From Bryobacterales bacterium (lineage in GTDB: Bacteria; Acidobacteriota; Terriglobia; Bryobacterales; UBA6623): a DNA stretch of 64,000 nt. The position numbers and the translations under genes were made by a program. Numbering within the stretch: the first letter of the stretch is position 1; each line of letters begins with the position of its first letter. Under the pieces are notes generated by a model that saw only the letters and a list, made by a program, of their open reading frames with translations, had not been told where the DNA came from and did not search any database. The stretch covers positions 125 to 64,124 of the forward strand of contig JBBDWJ010000321.1 in assembly GCA_040902925.1 (NCBI GenBank), given 5' to 3'. Shown piece after piece: positions 59,708-64,000 of the stretch.

Positions 59708-60634
59708 CTAATCCGCAACGCAGCGAAAGCCGAGATTGTTGAGCGCGCTGTCGGTATCGGTCTTTTGGCGCGCGGCGGCGCGATATCCCTGACAGTAGTT
59801 TTCGCTGCACATCCAGCTACCACCGCGCTGCACTTTTTGGGTCCCGCTGCTCGGCCCTTGCGGATTGTCGGTCGGCGACTGGCGGTAGTAGTTGGGGTCA
59901 TACCAGTCCGCGACCCATTCCCAAACGTTGCCACCGATATCGTAGAGGCCATAGCCGTTCGGCGGGAAGCGTTTTACAGGGCCGTAGCTGGCAAACCCGT
60001 CGCGGCGAAAATCCTCGACCGGGAATTCGCCCTGCCAGACATTGGCGCGATAGCTTCCCGCCGGGGTGAGTTCATTGCCCCAGGGGAACGTTGCCTGTTC
60101 CAGCGCTCCGCGCGCCGCGTACTCCCACTCCGCTTCGGTGGGCAGGCGCTTGCCGGCCCATTTGGCGTAGGCCGCGGCGTCGTCCCACGAGACGTGTACG
60201 ACCGGGTAGTCCTGCATTTCTTCGATGTTCGATGCGGGTCCGGCTGGGTGCCGCCAGTCGGCGCCTTGCACCATCCCCCAGTCGCGCTTAGCCGGATCAA
60301 ATATGGCCGACGAGCCCTGTTTTTCCGACTCGGTAACGTAGCCCGTGGCGTTGACGAATTCCGAGAACTGGCGGTTGGTGACCTCGGTTTCGTCGATCCA
60401 GAAACTGTCGACGCGAACGCGATGAACCGGGCCCTCGAAGGGAAAAGCATCGTCGGTGCCCATCAGAAATTCGCCGCCCTCAATGCGCACCATGCCGCTA
60501 TGGTCGCTGGTTGGCGCTGGGGAGCATGCGTTCGCCGCGATGAGAAGGAGAACGGCCGCGGCACAGACCGCGGAAGCGGTAGAACGCAATTGCCGCGCGG
60601 GAAACTTCAAGCCAGGGAAGGGAATCACAATCAA
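59708..60634 (-). CDS. Formylglycine-generating enzyme (FGE/SUMF1 family)
   Basis: HPVVHVSWDDAAAYAKWAGKRLPTEAEWEYAARG and RGGSWMCSENYCQGYR. It lies directly upstream of the sulfatase on the same strand. Confidence 0.92.
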   Translation of the reverse strand: MIVIPFPGLKFPARQLRSTASAVCAAAVLLLIAANACSPAPTSDHSGMVRIEGGEFLMGTDDAFPFEGPVHRVRVDSFWIDETEVTNRQFSEFVNATGYVTESEKQGSSAIFDPAKRDWGMVQGADWRHPAGPASNIEEMQDYPVVHVSWDDAAAYAKWAGKRLPTEAEWEYAARGALEQATFPWGNELTPAGSYRANVWQGEFPVEDFRRDGFASYGPVKRFPPNGYGLYDIGGNVWEWVADWYDPNYYRQSPTDNPQGPSSGTQKVQRGGSWMCSENYCQGYRAAARQKTDTDSALNNLGFRCVAD

Positions 60635-60706
60635 ACCGCTATTATAGTCATCCTTGTCGCAGATCTATCGTTCCGGCGCGCGCTCGCGGATTGCCTGCCG
60701 GCGGCA

Positions 60707-61621
60707 ATGAGCTATGAACAAAGCTTGACAGAGCCGCGTGATCGCTGCGGTACGATAACTCCAGTGATCCATCAGCAACCGATCGACGATTCCGACGAGC
60801 CTGACGACCTGCGGCCCGCTCCGTATCTGGAGGAGGCGTCCGGCTATGGCGTCCCGGGTGGAAATTTTGAATATGCTCCCGTGGGTCCGGCGCGTCCAGG
60901 CGGCTGGACATTCATTGACGTGGCTTTGTTGTTGATCATCGCGCTCCCGGCGCAGTTGGTGGCGGTGGCGCTCTGCATGGGCAGCTTGCACGTCTACGAG
61001 TGGTTGACCGGAGTGGAGAGCACGTTCCCGGCAAGCCTTGCCGATGCTCCCATGGTGGTCGCTGTGCAGATCGTTTGGTGGACGCTGTTGATCGCCTTCA
61101 TCTACGGCGTGGTCACGATTCGGCACGGACTGCCGTTTTTGCCGGCGATCGGATTGCGGAGCGTGAATCGCCCGCCCGGGGCTTATCTGCTGGGAGGAAT
61201 TCTGTTGGCCGTCTCAGTGGCGGTCATGGGTTACTTGCTGCCGGAGGCGCCGGGGCGCATGCCGATCCAGGACCTCATCGATGACCGCGAGTCGCTGCTG
61301 GTGCTGGCCTTTTACGGAGTGCTGTTTGCGCCGGTCGTGGAAGAAATCGTATTCCGCGGGTTTTTGTATGCCGCCATCGAACGAGCCAAAGGCCCGTTGT
61401 TGGCCGTGCTGGTCACGAGCATCGTGTTTTCGCTGCCGCACGCCTGGCAGTATGGCTGGCGTTGGCAAAACGTGCTACTGGTGACCTATGTTGGTGTGGT
61501 GTTCGGTATCGCGCGGGCGCGCACGGGGTCGATCGTGCCCTCGACTCTGCTACACGTGGGGTATAACGCGACGTTGTTCGCCGGGTTGTTCGCCGCTGGC
61601 GATAAATTGTTCGCGCCGTAG
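60707..61621 (+). CDS. CPBP-family intramembrane glutamic endopeptidase (CAAX protease/Abi)
   Basis: Motifs EEIVFRGFLY, FSLPH and LLHVGYN. The real start is MSYEQS (ATG about 60707). The first 350 codons of track ORF 59657-61621 are antisense to FGE. Confidence 0.85.
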   Translation: MSYEQSLTEPRDRCGTITPVIHQQPIDDSDEPDDLRPAPYLEEASGYGVPGGNFEYAPVGPARPGGWTFIDVALLLIIALPAQLVAVALCMGSLHVYEWLTGVESTFPASLADAPMVVAVQIVWWTLLIAFIYGVVTIRHGLPFLPAIGLRSVNRPPGAYLLGGILLAVSVAVMGYLLPEAPGRMPIQDLIDDRESLLVLAFYGVLFAPVVEEIVFRGFLYAAIERAKGPLLAVLVTSIVFSLPHAWQYGWRWQNVLLVTYVGVVFGIARARTGSIVPSTLLHVGYNATLFAGLFAAGDKLFAP

Positions 61622-61683
61622 TTTCCCTAGCGTCAGTTTGCGTGCGCCAAGGGATCGCCGTCCGGCGGGCTTGCCAACGGGCG

Positions 61684-63069
61684 CTACGCAAAAAGCCTGC
61701 CCAGGAACGCCAGCAGCTCCTGCGATACCGAATAGCCCATGATCACCGCCATGGTGACCGCCGACACCCACAGGCCTAGCGTGAGCCAGCCTTTGGGCAA
61801 CAGCAGCCGCGGCGTGCGTTTGTAGCGCAAGTAAAGCGCGTAGAAGCCGATGACCGGCAGCATCGTTGCCTGCGCGAACCCACCCACTTTGACCATCGCT
61901 ACCGGCTCGCCAAAGACCATGAAGTAGATGCACGGAATCACCAGTAGGATCACGACGAAGAGCCGCGTGACTTTCAGGCGAGCGGCGTAGTCCTTCTTGT
62001 TGTACAGGCCCAGCATGCCGACGAAATCGGCAAATACGCGGCAGTGCGCCGCGGTCGAGGCGAATACGGTCGAATAGAGAACCGCGAACGCGCCTATCAG
62101 GAACAGCGGCAGCGACCACTCGCCGAGCGTTTCGGTGTAGATGCGGGAGAGTTCCTGCACCATCGCCGAGCCCTTTGGAACGACTTCGTTGCGGTTCAAG
62201 ATGCCCGCTCCGAGTAGATAAAATGCGATCGTCGCGAACGTATAGACGATCATCGCATTGGCAACGTCGATGCCCATCACGCGAGTCCAGCCGAAAGCGC
62301 GCGCGGTCCACTGCGGGCTGTCGTCGCGTGGCCCGGTATAGCGGGCGTAGCCTTTTTCGATGCACCAGTAGGGGTACATCACCAGTTCGGTGGCTCCGAC
62401 TCCGGTGATACCGAACGCCGCCACAGCAGTGACGAACCCCGTCTCAGGCAAGTGAAACGAGAGCCCCTCCCAGACCGCGCCCCAGGAGAAATATTGCGGC
62501 AGCTTGATCAGAATGACCGCGCCGAGCACGGTGAGCATTGTGAAGCTGACCACCATGCCCATGGCCACTTTCTCCACCAGGTTATAGCGGCCCGCAATGA
62601 GCAGGACTCCCGTCACTGCCGCCAGCAGCCACGGCCAGACGTTGAGCGGAACGCCCGGCATGGTGCGGTTGAGGATTTCCGCGATGCTGCCGAGCATGGC
62701 GCCGATCTGCATCAGCGTGAACATGACCATGACGAACCACATCCACACCAGCCACGAAACTTTCCAGCGCGGGCCCGGCGCGTGGTTGAACGCCTCGAGC
62801 GTGGTTTCGCCCGTGCCGATCGCGTAGCGGCCCAGCTCTTCCTGGACGACGGTCTTGATCAGGCAACTGATGATGATCAGCCAAAGCAGCAGATAGCCGT
62901 TTTCCGCGCCGAGCACGGTGGTTGCGATCAACTCGCCCGAGCCGACGATCGAGCCCGCCAGGATCAGGCCCGGCCCGATACGCCGGACAATGGCGCCAAA
63001 TGTCTTAGGGTGATCCTCGATTTTTTCGGGGGAAAGATGATAAGGGTCAGCGATTGTGTTGTCTGCCAT
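61684..63069 (-). CDS. NRAMP-related (COG1914-type) membrane transporter
   Basis: 461 aa, about 11 TM helices, N-terminal GPGLILAGSIVGSGELIATTVLGAENGY block. The classical DPGN motif is not present, so the substrate is uncertain. Confidence 0.7.
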   Translation of the reverse strand: MADNTIADPYHLSPEKIEDHPKTFGAIVRRIGPGLILAGSIVGSGELIATTVLGAENGYLLLWLIIISCLIKTVVQEELGRYAIGTGETTLEAFNHAPGPRWKVSWLVWMWFVMVMFTLMQIGAMLGSIAEILNRTMPGVPLNVWPWLLAAVTGVLLIAGRYNLVEKVAMGMVVSFTMLTVLGAVILIKLPQYFSWGAVWEGLSFHLPETGFVTAVAAFGITGVGATELVMYPYWCIEKGYARYTGPRDDSPQWTARAFGWTRVMGIDVANAMIVYTFATIAFYLLGAGILNRNEVVPKGSAMVQELSRIYTETLGEWSLPLFLIGAFAVLYSTVFASTAAHCRVFADFVGMLGLYNKKDYAARLKVTRLFVVILLVIPCIYFMVFGEPVAMVKVGGFAQATMLPVIGFYALYLRYKRTPRLLLPKGWLTLGLWVSAVTMAVIMGYSVSQELLAFLGRLFA

Positions 63070-63084
63070 TAGCGATCCCGCATC

Positions 63085-63975
63085 CTAGCCCAGGCTCTCG
63101 ATGAACTTCAAGAACAAGCGGGCGTAGCGGTCAAGATTCTCACGGCTTCCGCCGCCGAGAATCGGCGAGCACATTTCGTAGGCGACGCTGCCATCGAAGC
63201 CGCCTTCGCGCAGCGTGCCGAGAAATGCGCGGTAGTCGATGAAGCCTTCTTCGATGGGCACGGCTTGCGAATAAGGGGTCTGCGCCCTGTAGTTGATGAC
63301 GTCGGGCTCGTACTGGAAGCGGGGACGTTTTTGGTAGTTCGCGATGGTCGTGTGAGAAGTTAGCGGAGCCATCTGGCGCGCTGCCTCGACCAGGTCGGTT
63401 CCTTGCAGCGCCGGCGCCCAGGCGTCGAACAGGGCTTTGCAGTTGGGTTCATTGATGGCCTGAATCAAATCGCGCTGACTGCGATAGTCGACGCCGATGT
63501 CGTGGTGGTTCTGCACTCCGACGGTGACGCCGAATTCGGCGGCCCGCTGGGCGCACTCCTTCAGCACGTCGACGGTGAGATTCCATTGAGCCGGATACGG
63601 CGCGGCGGCGCTTTCGTATCCCGTGAAGACGCGAACCAGATCAGCACCGATATCGCGAGCCAGCCGCGCCAGCTCCACGACATAGTGCACCTGAATCTCA
63701 CGCATCGGGATCTCGCCGTGCTCGAGATCGGCAGTGAAGTTGTTGTAACCGGCGACGCAGATCGTGCGCAGACCACGGCTTTCGAGTTGCTTGCGGATCT
63801 TCTCCCGGGCCTGGCCGCCGTAGTCGAGCAGAGAGAGGTGGGGCCGCTTGGCGCCGAGCATGACGCCCGCGAATCCGAGGCCGGCGGCGTGGTCGATGAA
63901 CTCCTCTACCGTGAGCTTCGCTTGGCCCCACGAGCCGGAATAGCTGACCGAAAACAGAATGGGAGTGAACGCCAT
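63085..63975 (-). CDS. Sugar phosphate isomerase/epimerase (xylose-isomerase-like TIM barrel)
   Basis: 296 aa with an AP_endonuc_2-type pattern (GFAGVML, HYVVELARLARDIGADLVRVFTG, VTVGVQNHHD, AYEMC). It lies 15 nt upstream of the NRAMP-related gene. Confidence 0.82.
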   Translation of the reverse strand: MAFTPILFSVSYSGSWGQAKLTVEEFIDHAAGLGFAGVMLGAKRPHLSLLDYGGQAREKIRKQLESRGLRTICVAGYNNFTADLEHGEIPMREIQVHYVVELARLARDIGADLVRVFTGYESAAAPYPAQWNLTVDVLKECAQRAAEFGVTVGVQNHHDIGVDYRSQRDLIQAINEPNCKALFDAWAPALQGTDLVEAARQMAPLTSHTTIANYQKRPRFQYEPDVINYRAQTPYSQAVPIEEGFIDYRAFLGTLREGGFDGSVAYEMCSPILGGGSRENLDRYARLFLKFIESLG

Positions 63976-64000
63976 AGGGTGGTTCAGAATTTTAGCACGT

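Noticed and set aside
59657-60706. First 350 codons of the 654-aa plus-strand ORF 59657-61621
   Set aside because: This part is antisense to the FGE gene and has no protein-like features. Only the C-terminal 305 codons, from the ATG at about 60707, form the CPBP protease.

Overview
GC-rich chromosomal segment that looks acidobacterial (Solibacter/Bryobacter-like). The pointers are a TIGR03437-type Soli_cterm protein, two CarboxypepD_reg-type TonB-dependent receptors, an ADOP/FtsX permease remnant and a DUF1592/DUF1552 pair. I support about 40 protein-coding genes or gene remnants. I found no rRNA, tRNA, CRISPR array, transposase or integrase. Gene content: (1) oxidative stress, with a Fur-family regulator plus katG operon (692-3408) and a second, signal-peptide-bearing katG (9812-12031) divergent from an ECF sigma / zinc-finger anti-sigma pair (12279-13654); (2) envelope and glycan genes (GT-C-like membrane proteins, HAD phosphatase, a UbiA-family fragment); (3) nutrient scavenging (two sulfatases plus FGE, TBDR plus beta-propeller phytase, M28 peptidase, esterases, a second TBDR); (4) an RND efflux pair; (5) a 1396-aa Ser/Thr kinase; (6) a DUF1592-DUF1552-ankyrin operon with heme-c motifs. 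Several genes look decayed: a frameshifted TBDR, a 5'-truncated B3 metallo-beta-lactamase, a permease 3' stub, a UbiA C-terminal stub, and an orphan frameshifted higA. The intergenic DNA is unusually rich in structured repeats: mosaic hairpin/A-rich elements, REP-like double hairpins, G-rich inverted repeats, and several tandem arrays including a strict 10-bp phased one. The candidate I find most interesting is the anti-sigma factor. It combines a cytoplasmic HxxxCxxC motif with an extracytoplasmic tail ending in CXXCH, and it sits next to the secreted KatG. All functional calls rest on motif and family recognition by eye, with no database search. CDS coordinates follow the supplied ORF track. 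Hand-located motifs may be off by 1-2 nt.
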